A stretch of 64,000 bases of DNA from positions 5,283 to 69,282 of IMG/VR virus record IMGVR_UViG_3300037631_002929, one strand, 5' to 3'. The notes under the pieces are model-generated. The model saw only the letters and a program-made list of their open reading frames with translations, had not been told where the DNA came from and made no database searches. Of this stretch, positions 39,802 through 47,515 are shown one piece after another. Numbering within the stretch: position 1 is the stretch's first letter; each line of letters begins with the position of its first letter. The DNA is from a virus. Lineage: Duplodnaviria; Caudoviricetes. The translations under genes were made by a program, and so were the position numbers.

Positions 39802-40464
39802 ATGGAACAAAAAGTTTATCTTATAGCGGCATCAAAGCCATCAGCAATCACTGACTGTCATACAGCTCAAGACCTGGTAGCTTATACCGCACGGGTATCA
39901 AACCCAGCCAACCAAAACAATACAGCCACCGCAGGTAAGCTGGTCAAGTATCTTATTCGCGAGGCTCATTGGTCACCATTTGAAATGGTCCATATGACCA
40001 TGGGTATCGATACGACTCGTGATATCTCTCGTCAGATCCTTCGTCACCGTTCGTTCTCATTTCAAGAGTTTAGCCAACGGTACGCAGAGTCAGAGAACTT
40101 TACGACCGGCCGGGAGATGAGAACTCAAGATCTCAAAAACCGTCAGAACTCAGTTGAGACCGATGACCCAATGGCACAAATCGAGTTTGAAAGAGCTCAG
40201 TCACGTATCTTGTTTCATGCCCAGAAAGAGTATAAAGCAGCGTTGAAAAAAGGTATTGCTAAGGAACAGGCACGGGCGTTATTACCAGAAGGTCTGACTG
40301 GTACGACACTGTATATGGCTGGATCCCTTCGTTCTTGGATTCACTATATCGATTTGCGTTCCGCTAATGGTACTCAGAAAGAACATATGGATATTGCCCT
40401 TCAGTGTAAGGACATCGTCGAAACACATTTCCCAATGCTAAAAGAGTACTGGGACGCAAAATAA
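39802..40464 (+). CDS. thyX: flavin-dependent thymidylate synthase
   Basis: ARVSN; HWSPFE; RQILRHRSFSFQEFSQRY; EQARALLP; TQKEH. Confidence 0.93.
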   Translation: MEQKVYLIAASKPSAITDCHTAQDLVAYTARVSNPANQNNTATAGKLVKYLIREAHWSPFEMVHMTMGIDTTRDISRQILRHRSFSFQEFSQRYAESENFTTGREMRTQDLKNRQNSVETDDPMAQIEFERAQSRILFHAQKEYKAALKKGIAKEQARALLPEGLTGTTLYMAGSLRSWIHYIDLRSANGTQKEHMDIALQCKDIVETHFPMLKEYWDAK

Positions 40465-40467
40465 CTG

Positions 40468-40496
40468 TGTACAAACCCTTCAAAATATGGTATGAT
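40468..40496 (+). promoter_or_regulatory. early-type promoter
   Basis: TGTACA-N17-TATGAT. Confidence 0.7.
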
Positions 40497-40564
40497 GGAT
40501 ATTATGATTAAATTTATTAAGACACTTATTGCAGACTTTAATGACCCAATAGGAGACCTTCGAT

Positions 40565-40957
40565 TTGGCTATGCGATTCAACCAGAAGACCAAGAAGCAA
40601 ATGGTGGACGAGGAACTTCAGAAGTACAACCAACTGATGAAGAAACTAGGTCGTAAGCCAGTCACGTCTAAATCTACAAGACGGAAGTCGATACGGGTAT
40701 CTTCTCGTAACCCAGTAACGACTACTAGGACTGATGATCAATATCGTAATCCAGACTTGCCGTCGACAAGCGATAAAGTTATTCATAGTACCGGTAAGGC
40801 CGACTTTGTCCTTGCCTTTGATCGTGGCCAAGAGTCGCAATCTACCATTGACGCTATAAAAGAGAAGGCGAATAGTACTGCGCCTCTCTACTCAAAAGGT
40901 GCATATCAGTACGTAACACCTAAAACTAATACAACCGAAATCGGACGTAAAATATGA
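40565..40957 (+). CDS. basic conserved hypothetical protein
   Basis: C-terminal APLYSKGAYQYVT motif common in T4-like phages; AGGAG upstream. Confidence 0.6.
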   Translation: MAMRFNQKTKKQMVDEELQKYNQLMKKLGRKPVTSKSTRRKSIRVSSRNPVTTTRTDDQYRNPDLPSTSDKVIHSTGKADFVLAFDRGQESQSTIDAIKEKANSTAPLYSKGAYQYVTPKTNTTEIGRKI

Positions 40958-41553
40958 AAACCAAGTTCATCAACCTTTTTGGGGCACCAGGTGCCGGCAA
41001 GTCCACCGTGGCTGCTGGCGTCTATTCCCAATTAAGTCAGCGTGGTTATGACGTCGAGCTAGTTCCCGAGTTTGCCAAAGAACTTGTGTGGGAAGATAAC
41101 GCATCGGCACTGACCAACCAAGCATATGTGACTGCTCGTCAGTTCTATATGATTCACCGTCTCGACGGCCAATGTCGTTGGGTAATCACCGATAGTCCTG
41201 CACTTCTTGGTGCGGCGTATTGCACTCAAGATTATCCACAGTGTTATATTGACACGCTGAAATGGTATCATAGCCAGACTGATAGTAATATGAACTATCT
41301 TATTGAACGTGCCGATTCGGTTGTGTTTCAACAGAAAGGTCGTGTCCATAGTGAGCACGAGTCAGCTATGGTCTATGACCGTATCATTAGCCTTTTAGGT
41401 GAAGCTAACGTCGAGTTTAGTACGTACGACAACTTAAATGCTATTCATCACATTGTACGTGATGTGATGGCGGCTGAAGAATACGATAATACTCTCGAAC
41501 TAACTCAAACCAAACCAGAAGATGTGGCAATCTTAGGAGGCCAATGTGATTAA
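40954..41553 (+). CDS. P-loop kinase (NadR/AAA_28-like)
   Basis: INLFGAPGAGKST; VPEFAKELVWE; VITDSP; GRVHS. Confidence 0.75.
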   Translation: MKTKFINLFGAPGAGKSTVAAGVYSQLSQRGYDVELVPEFAKELVWEDNASALTNQAYVTARQFYMIHRLDGQCRWVITDSPALLGAAYCTQDYPQCYIDTLKWYHSQTDSNMNYLIERADSVVFQQKGRVHSEHESAMVYDRIISLLGEANVEFSTYDNLNAIHHIVRDVMAAEEYDNTLELTQTKPEDVAILGGQCD

Positions 41554-41932
41554 AAGTAGTATTGATCCGAACGTCGTTGCGATTGATTGTGCAGCACCGT
41601 TCTTCTTTTTTGACGTGGAACTGCCGTCGGGCCGTAAGTATACTAAGTGTGCTGCCGAACGGATTGTAGAAGCGATCGAAGCCGATGATATTGAGATTCG
41701 TCATGCCGATACCGAAGAGGTCGTCGGAGCCTGTGTTGGTGCCAACATTGTCGAGTCTGGTGTGGTAGGCCGAATGATACTTCTTCCGGAACACAGAGAC
41801 CTTGAGCCAAAATGGAATATGACCTCTTCGTCATTCAGTGTGGCTCTTAAGTTAAAGGATGGTGTAGAAGTATCTGATAATGTAGAAGGAGATAACATAG
41901 AAAATATACCGTATTTGGTTGTATTCTTATAG
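41546..41932 (+). CDS. hypothetical protein
   Basis: AGGAGG RBS before GTG; 128 aa. Confidence 0.55.
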   Translation: MIKSSIDPNVVAIDCAAPFFFFDVELPSGRKYTKCAAERIVEAIEADDIEIRHADTEEVVGACVGANIVESGVVGRMILLPEHRDLEPKWNMTSSSFSVALKLKDGVEVSDNVEGDNIENIPYLVVFL

Positions 41933-42009
41933 TTATAAGAAGTTTCAGAAAAGTAATAAGATATAAATAGTAGTAGTTACGTATGTAACTAATTTAGGAC
42001 GAAAGTAAA

Positions 42010-42123
42010 ATGCAACAGGTTTCAAAGCCGACCTCGAAAAGACCTGAACGGTTGTCCCACCGTCAGCGTCGGATCGCTCGACTTAGACGTGGTGGCGCAG
42101 ATCGATATATCTCTCGATTGTAA
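42010..42123 (+). CDS. 37-aa arginine-rich peptide (not in ORF track)
   Basis: Late promoter 41962-41969, AGGA RBS, MQQVSKPTSKRPERLSHRQRRIARLRRGGADRYISRL. Confidence 0.5.
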   Translation: MQQVSKPTSKRPERLSHRQRRIARLRRGGADRYISRL

Positions 42124-42172
42124 CCTCACTAAAAAGTGATCATAAAAAAGTGGCCTTGTACGCAAATAACTG

Positions 42173-42201
42173 TGTACAGGGCCTTCTTTTTATGGTATAC
42201 T
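42173..42201 (+). promoter_or_regulatory. early-type promoter
   Basis: TGTACA-N17-TATACT. Confidence 0.72.
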
Positions 42202-42230
42202 GTATATACAATATGATTATGGAGATTGAT

Positions 42231-42737
42231 ATGGCTACATTAGTATTAAGAACCGAACTTATGACGTTACGCGAAGGCGTCTCCAAACATAAAACAATTG
42301 AGTCAATTGACCTTATGGGTAACCATTGGCGCCGGGCAGGCGGTGATTTGTTTATGGTTAATAATATGCCAAACGATGACAGTGATTATCTGGGTGAAGT
42401 TATCGAGAGTCTATATGAGTTCCTTGAGATGAATGACGACAAAGTTTCTGATTCGGTCTCACGGTTTGAAATACACTCCGATCAGGCAAAGCTGCACGAC
42501 TTCGCTGACGATTGGGAATATCCCACAATGCTAAATGGATTCCGCCATGGTAGAGACTTTGCCTGGCATGCAAAAAGAATTAGGGAGAATCGAGGTGAAC
42601 TTCCTGACGAAGTAGATGTCGTATACGAATCATGGGTCCTGAAAAAAGGAGCCAGCCGCGACAGATACCGAGCCTATTATCACTTCACTGATGGAAATAT
42701 AATTGACGAAACGCAATTTAAGGAGCTATATAAATAA
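42231..42737 (+). CDS. hypothetical early protein
   Basis: GGAG RBS before ATG 42231. Confidence 0.6.
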   Translation: MATLVLRTELMTLREGVSKHKTIESIDLMGNHWRRAGGDLFMVNNMPNDDSDYLGEVIESLYEFLEMNDDKVSDSVSRFEIHSDQAKLHDFADDWEYPTMLNGFRHGRDFAWHAKRIRENRGELPDEVDVVYESWVLKKGASRDRYRAYYHFTDGNIIDETQFKELYK

Positions 42738-43030
42738 TGTCGATTAATTCGTTATACACCGAGCGTACCCCAGCCGAGGGTAAACATATTCAATACAGAG
42801 ACCAAGTACGTCAGTCAATGACTTGGAGATCGATGAGTCAGGTCTATGTTGAGTACGCTGAACAGGGACCTATGGAATTTAAAGGACCATTTATGGAATA
42901 CCTCTCTGATCAGATTCCTTCATTCGGTACTTATATGAGTGAGTCATTTCCAACTACTGACCTGACAGGCGGGTCAATCGCAGACGTATTCTCGTTCTTT
43001 CACCAATTCATCCTTGACACAGAGACATAA
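42737..43030 (+). CDS. hypothetical protein
   Basis: TAATG-coupled 97 aa ORF. Confidence 0.55.
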   Translation: MSINSLYTERTPAEGKHIQYRDQVRQSMTWRSMSQVYVEYAEQGPMEFKGPFMEYLSDQIPSFGTYMSESFPTTDLTGGSIADVFSFFHQFILDTET

Positions 43031-43032
43031 CA

Positions 43033-43236
43033 ATGGCAGGTTCTAAAAATAATCCAGCGTCACGTGGCGCCAATGCTGAAACCAAACGATACTATAACGG
43101 GCAGGTGTGCACGCCAGTTCTGTACGACGGTACTAAAGTCGGCAAAGGTAAGTGCATAGCCGCAGAGTGCAATAAAGAAATCGTTTTTGATAAGGACGGT
43201 ATGCCGATTCCTTATCGTTCTCTTCCCACATCATAG
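43033..43236 (+). CDS. small hypothetical protein
   Basis: 67 aa ORF tightly packed in the operon. Confidence 0.55.
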   Translation: MAGSKNNPASRGANAETKRYYNGQVCTPVLYDGTKVGKGKCIAAECNKEIVFDKDGMPIPYRSLPTS

Positions 43237-43243
43237 GTGAAAC

Positions 43244-43414
43244 ATGGAACGTTCTGCTGAAATACGACTGACCCCTGAAGGTTATGTAATCGATCTGTAT
43301 GAGCACATACTCGATGGTAAAATCTTGCGTGAGTCGCGCGCAATTCCAGGTAAAAATATGTTGTACGCCGAAGAGGTCGTAGAAAACTGGCGAAACGGAA
43401 TCATTCAATTATGA
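43244..43414 (+). CDS. 56-aa hypothetical protein (not in ORF track)
   Basis: AGGTG RBS; MERSAEIRL...YAEEVVENWRNGIIQL. Confidence 0.55.
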   Translation: MERSAEIRLTPEGYVIDLYEHILDGKILRESRAIPGKNMLYAEEVVENWRNGIIQL

Positions 43415-43578
43415 AAGAGCTGTGGAGACTTTGGGCTAAAGCCATAGGTGAAAAGGCCGACGAGAACGATAGAGAGGCCGACAAGGTCGCTTTTATTCGG
43501 TCGGTCATATTCCTCCACGTATTACTCACGAACGCCGCAATCTTTTGGAACATTGTCCTCACCCGTTTGGGTGTATAA
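43411..43578 (+). CDS. 55-aa membrane protein common in marine T4-like phages (not in ORF track)
   Basis: ATGA-coupled; WRLWAKAIGEKA..NDREADKVAFIR followed by a TM segment. Confidence 0.6.
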   Translation: MKELWRLWAKAIGEKADENDREADKVAFIRSVIFLHVLLTNAAIFWNIVLTRLGV

Positions 43579-43603
43579 ACATATAAATAGTGCAAAATAA
43601 CTA

Positions 43604-43632
43604 TGTACAATACCACAATAATGTGATATACT
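43604..43632 (+). promoter_or_regulatory. early-type promoter (late TATAAATA just upstream at 43582-43589)
   Basis: TGTACA-N17-TATACT. Confidence 0.72.
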
Positions 43633-43657
43633 GGTTATATCAAATGGAGAAATATAA

Positions 43658-43894
43658 ATGAAACATTTTGTAACATCTTATGCAGTCCGGCCGTCAACCA
43701 CTCAAGTCGGGCACCAGACCAATGCGGCAATGTTCGATGTCGTTGCGCTCTTTAGTAGCGGTAAACGGTATCCAGTCTCGACCCACGCTACTGAAGAAGA
43801 GGCCGCGGCCGAGGCTCGTGCTAGGAACAATGATGCTGATGTTGAGTACTCAAGTTCAGCTTCACCCTACGGGGTTGACCATAGTGTCGGCTAG
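43658..43894 (+). CDS. hypothetical protein
   Basis: GGAG RBS; first gene after the promoter. Confidence 0.55.
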   Translation: MKHFVTSYAVRPSTTQVGHQTNAAMFDVVALFSSGKRYPVSTHATEEEAAAEARARNNDADVEYSSSASPYGVDHSVG

Positions 43895-44516
43895 GGTCTT
43901 TCTTCTAGGCAGCGACCTGAGCCAACGAAAGTATACCACGTGGATGCTTCAACAGCTCCAAAAGGTAGACTCTCGGATTGAGGTTCTGGTCGCTGACTTT
44001 GAGGATGGTAAGTTGTCAAACCTACCAGCAAAGACCTTTGTTGTACAGAATGCAGACTCAGTACACGGATGGTTCAAGAAACCATTTGCTATTGACCAGG
44101 CCCACGCACTTGGTTATACTAAAGTCTGTTGGCTGGACAACGACCTTGAAATAATAGAAAATATCGATAGTATATTCGAGTATTCAGTTTTTGATAAGCT
44201 TGGTCTAGCACCCGATGGTTATGCCATCAAACGATGCCCACAGACTGTATGGAATAGTGGTGTCGTTCTTTCGCACAGTCGACCTGCGGTCTTAACCGAC
44301 TGGATGCAGCGTTGTCTACGACAGAAAGATCGTGGTGACCAAGAAGCCCTCGCAGCCATTGCTGACGGTAACCAAAAGATCCGTAACCAGATATTTGACC
44401 TTCCGGTCGTTTTTAACTGGCTACGTCTTATGGGTGAACCAAAGCAGTCGGTGAAGATCCGTCACTGGACCGGACCCGCTGGTAAGAGGCATATTAGAGA
44501 AAATCTATGGAAGTAG
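43884..44516 (+). CDS. GT-A fold glycosyltransferase (GT8-like)
   Basis: WFKKP; VCWLDND (DxD); WNSGVV; GDQEAL; IRHWTG. Start uncertain. Confidence 0.7.
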   Translation: MSARVFLLGSDLSQRKYTTWMLQQLQKVDSRIEVLVADFEDGKLSNLPAKTFVVQNADSVHGWFKKPFAIDQAHALGYTKVCWLDNDLEIIENIDSIFEYSVFDKLGLAPDGYAIKRCPQTVWNSGVVLSHSRPAVLTDWMQRCLRQKDRGDQEALAAIADGNQKIRNQIFDLPVVFNWLRLMGEPKQSVKIRHWTGPAGKRHIRENLWK

Positions 44517-45172
44517 CAATCCTTGGCAACGGACCTTCTTATGAGGAATATATAGATATCCTTAATAAGAACGGGTTCGATATCATTATAGGCTGTAACT
44601 TTCCCGATGAACGTCTTATCGACTTAGTAGACTATTCTGCGTTTGCAGATGCTAAGGCATTACGTATGATGCGTATTCAAGGTAAGCATCATGACATGCT
44701 GGGTAAGTTTAAGATTATTGCTGGCCCTCGAGCGGCTACAGGTCTTGAAGATGTTAAGTGTCAGCCCGGTGGATCACAGACGTGTCGAGAGTACTTTGAA
44801 CAAAACGGTCACCTTGACTACGTCCTGCAAATACCAGCTGGGATCATAGATCCTACAGAGCCGGACGACCAGCGGTTCTTTACTTCCGGGCACCTGGCAT
44901 ACGTATTTGCGTGTGAACTTCTTAAAGAAGCCGAGATTACTATATTCGGCTGCGACTCGATGTTTAACGGTAACCATCGTGACTCCTTAAGTAACATAAC
45001 GGTTAACGAAGGTACCGATGTTAAAAGCAATAAGGAAGTACATCAGGGCGTTGTCAATAAATGGAAGTATAACTGGAATGTACTTCACGAACTATACGAC
45101 AACAAAACCATATTCCGCGGCCCTGCCGGTCAAGTGATAAACCTAAGGATAGAAGATGAAGTATACAGATGA
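44507..45172 (+). CDS. sialyltransferase/Maf-like (GT29/DUF115-like) protein
   Basis: VAILGNGPS; IIGCN; TSGHLA; ITIFGCDS. Confidence 0.6.
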   Translation: MEVAILGNGPSYEEYIDILNKNGFDIIIGCNFPDERLIDLVDYSAFADAKALRMMRIQGKHHDMLGKFKIIAGPRAATGLEDVKCQPGGSQTCREYFEQNGHLDYVLQIPAGIIDPTEPDDQRFFTSGHLAYVFACELLKEAEITIFGCDSMFNGNHRDSLSNITVNEGTDVKSNKEVHQGVVNKWKYNWNVLHELYDNKTIFRGPAGQVINLRIEDEVYR

Positions 45173-45668
45173 AGAACTTGAAGCTGCCGAATACCTTGTT
45201 AATACCGTCGACGAGACTAACCGTTTAGCAGCACGTCACCTGACATCTACTGAGAATCATGCAGCAATTGCTGTTCGTGCTGCATATTTGACCATCTTAG
45301 CATCAGGTAGAGTCAAGGGCCCTATCGATATTGCAACACTCCGTCTTATGATATATACGTTTAACGATATCATAGCTGAGACCGCTGTGCTCGATCGTGA
45401 TCCAGGTGAGGCTGTTAGTGTAATGGACGAAGGCCTTCGTGCCCTACTTGTTGTCAAAGATGACCTCCTTCAGACCATGAGAGAAATGGCTGGAGCTATG
45501 GATGAGGACTATTATCCGGAGTGGGAGTTCGACGCTGATGCCAATGAGGTACTCACTCGTCTGGCCAATGCTAGAGCTACTTTTGATAAGATCACGCTTT
45601 CTTCGTTCGAGATTAATAACCTTTTACAGTACGTTGAGCAACTTGCAGCACGCCAGAAGGCCTCCTGA
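45156..45668 (+). CDS. hypothetical helical protein
   Basis: AAGGA RBS; 170 aa. Confidence 0.55.
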   Translation: MKYTDEELEAAEYLVNTVDETNRLAARHLTSTENHAAIAVRAAYLTILASGRVKGPIDIATLRLMIYTFNDIIAETAVLDRDPGEAVSVMDEGLRALLVVKDDLLQTMREMAGAMDEDYYPEWEFDADANEVLTRLANARATFDKITLSSFEINNLLQYVEQLAARQKAS

Positions 45669-45712
45669 TAAGCATATAAATAATTTTACATTATAGATAG
45701 ATGACGTGAGAC

Positions 45713-46456
45713 ATGAGCAAATTTTCAAAATTTCTTAAGAACAATCCAATTAAACGACCCGGCATCGTCGCGGTCGTAGGTAACTTTGACCCGCCAGCAG
45801 CAGGTCATGAGACCGTGTTTAACGAAGCGGCAAGACTTGCAAACGCTTCAAACCTTCCACTTCGAATCTTCGTTGAGGACCGTAAGGACAATATTCTTAC
45901 GTGTACCCAACGTAAGAAGTTTATTGAAGCTATCTTCCCACGATATAAGAAGTATATCGCCGAGAAGCGCGTCAGTGATAAAGCCTTCTCAGACTTCCTT
46001 GATACACACTTCGCGAAGGTGGTATACATTGGTTCTCCACACCGGATGGATCCTACCCAACTAAAAGAAACATTTGACGTATACTCATCAGGTGTACGAG
46101 ATCCAGAGAACCCATCGACTCAGGTCACGTCGTCATCTGAGATGATACGAATCGCTCGTGAGTCTACCCTTGACGAGTTTATCAAACATCTCCCATCTAA
46201 CACGTCAATCGACCCAGCTCGTGAGCTGTTTGAAGCTATTCGAGTAGCTCACAACCTACCAAAACGACCACCTGTCATTCTTGAGAAAACCCATACACGT
46301 GAAGAGTTCTACTCAGGTATGTTTGAAGTTGGTGAGCGAGTGGCTACAAAAGAATTACACGAAGGTGTCATCGCCAGTGTCGGTGCAAACTTCGTAGTTG
46401 TTAACATTGACGGTCAAGAAAAAAGGTACTGGCCACGCGATATTATAAAACTCTAA
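45713..46456 (+). CDS. cytidylyltransferase-like (HIGH-superfamily) protein with C-terminal KOW/SH3-like domain
   Basis: GNFDPPAAGH; SSSEMIR; FEVGERV...GANFVVV; late promoter 45675-45682. Confidence 0.65.
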   Translation: MSKFSKFLKNNPIKRPGIVAVVGNFDPPAAGHETVFNEAARLANASNLPLRIFVEDRKDNILTCTQRKKFIEAIFPRYKKYIAEKRVSDKAFSDFLDTHFAKVVYIGSPHRMDPTQLKETFDVYSSGVRDPENPSTQVTSSSEMIRIARESTLDEFIKHLPSNTSIDPARELFEAIRVAHNLPKRPPVILEKTHTREEFYSGMFEVGERVATKELHEGVIASVGANFVVVNIDGQEKRYWPRDIIKL

Positions 46457-46502
46457 ATGTATAAATAGTACAGAACGTTCTGTAACACACACGGGAATTC
46501 CT

Positions 46503-47144
46503 ATGAAAATTATCACTAATCGAACACAGTTTACCCCCGGCCTCGCACACTACTGTGAAGCGGTACAGGCTGGTAACGTAATGACTGTCGACTATTACAC
46601 GTCTGCAAAGACCCCAATAGTCCCACAACTAGTTAACTTGCAGGCACGTCTTATGGAAGCTGCCGCATACGAAAAAATGATCAAAGCTCCTGCAGCACCA
46701 AAAGCTGATGCAGAACCTGCTGAGAATCCTAATTGTAAGACCATCGACGGTGGTAAGCAGACCGATAAAAAATACGGTAAGGACCTCTCTAAAGGTGAAG
46801 AAGAAGCTATCGATATGGCACAAGATGCTATTAAAGATGCTGATGACGATCTGGAACAAGAAGCACCAGAGTTGACCAAAGGGATCTCACGTGCGTCTGA
46901 GCCAAGGCCAAATCAAAGACTTACTGAAAACTTACGTCAGGCTGAACTTGATGATCTGTATACAGTTAAACAGATTCAAGAAGCCATGCTCGCAGTCGAA
47001 GCTTTTGATGACGAAGGTGCCCGCGACGAATTCATTGGTGCACTTGGTGAGCCAGTCGGTAACGACCGCGATCTTCAAAAACCTAGAGAAGAAGGTAAGC
47101 TAGACGAGTCGGTACGTATTATGGACCGCTTCTTGAAAGCATAA
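46503..47144 (+). CDS. late hypothetical acidic protein (possible head-internal protein)
   Basis: Late promoter 46460-46467; LME/LTE/LDE motifs. Confidence 0.55.
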   Translation: MKIITNRTQFTPGLAHYCEAVQAGNVMTVDYYTSAKTPIVPQLVNLQARLMEAAAYEKMIKAPAAPKADAEPAENPNCKTIDGGKQTDKKYGKDLSKGEEEAIDMAQDAIKDADDDLEQEAPELTKGISRASEPRPNQRLTENLRQAELDDLYTVKQIQEAMLAVEAFDDEGARDEFIGALGEPVGNDRDLQKPREEGKLDESVRIMDRFLKA

Positions 47145-47158
47145 TAAATAACTGTATT

Positions 47159-47515
47159 ATGTTTATTGATTCATCCAACTTCACGCACTATGCCTACGAA
47201 AATTACAATAACCCACAATGCGTGGACTTGGATGAATTCCATAGTGACCTCAAACGGTTTAAATACCTAAAGAAGTTGCTCAATCGTTATAAAGAGTCTG
47301 GTGTATTTAGTGAGCGCCTGATCTTGAATCATATTATTGTGTTACAAAACTTATTCGGAATTAGTGCGCTAAAGCATTTACTGGAATATAAGGTAGAAAG
47401 GGAACATTGGCCCGCAGTTAAAGCATGTTTGTTATTTCTGGAATATAGTACACCAGATGAGTACATAGATATACAGGCGGACCGTATTGTTACAAGGATC
47501 TTGGAAAGAATATGA
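47159..47515 (+). CDS. conserved T4-like hypothetical protein
   Basis: YNNPQC...EF..DLKRFKYLKKLLNRY...ERLILNHIIVL.NLFG, a widely conserved marine myophage protein. Confidence 0.7.
   Translation: MFIDSSNFTHYAYENYNNPQCVDLDEFHSDLKRFKYLKKLLNRYKESGVFSERLILNHIIVLQNLFGISALKHLLEYKVEREHWPAVKACLLFLEYSTPDEYIDIQADRIVTRILERI

Noticed and set aside
40505-40657. 50-aa ORF overlapping the 40565 gene in another frame
   Set aside because: No clear RBS; the overlapped frame has the AGGAG RBS and a conserved motif.
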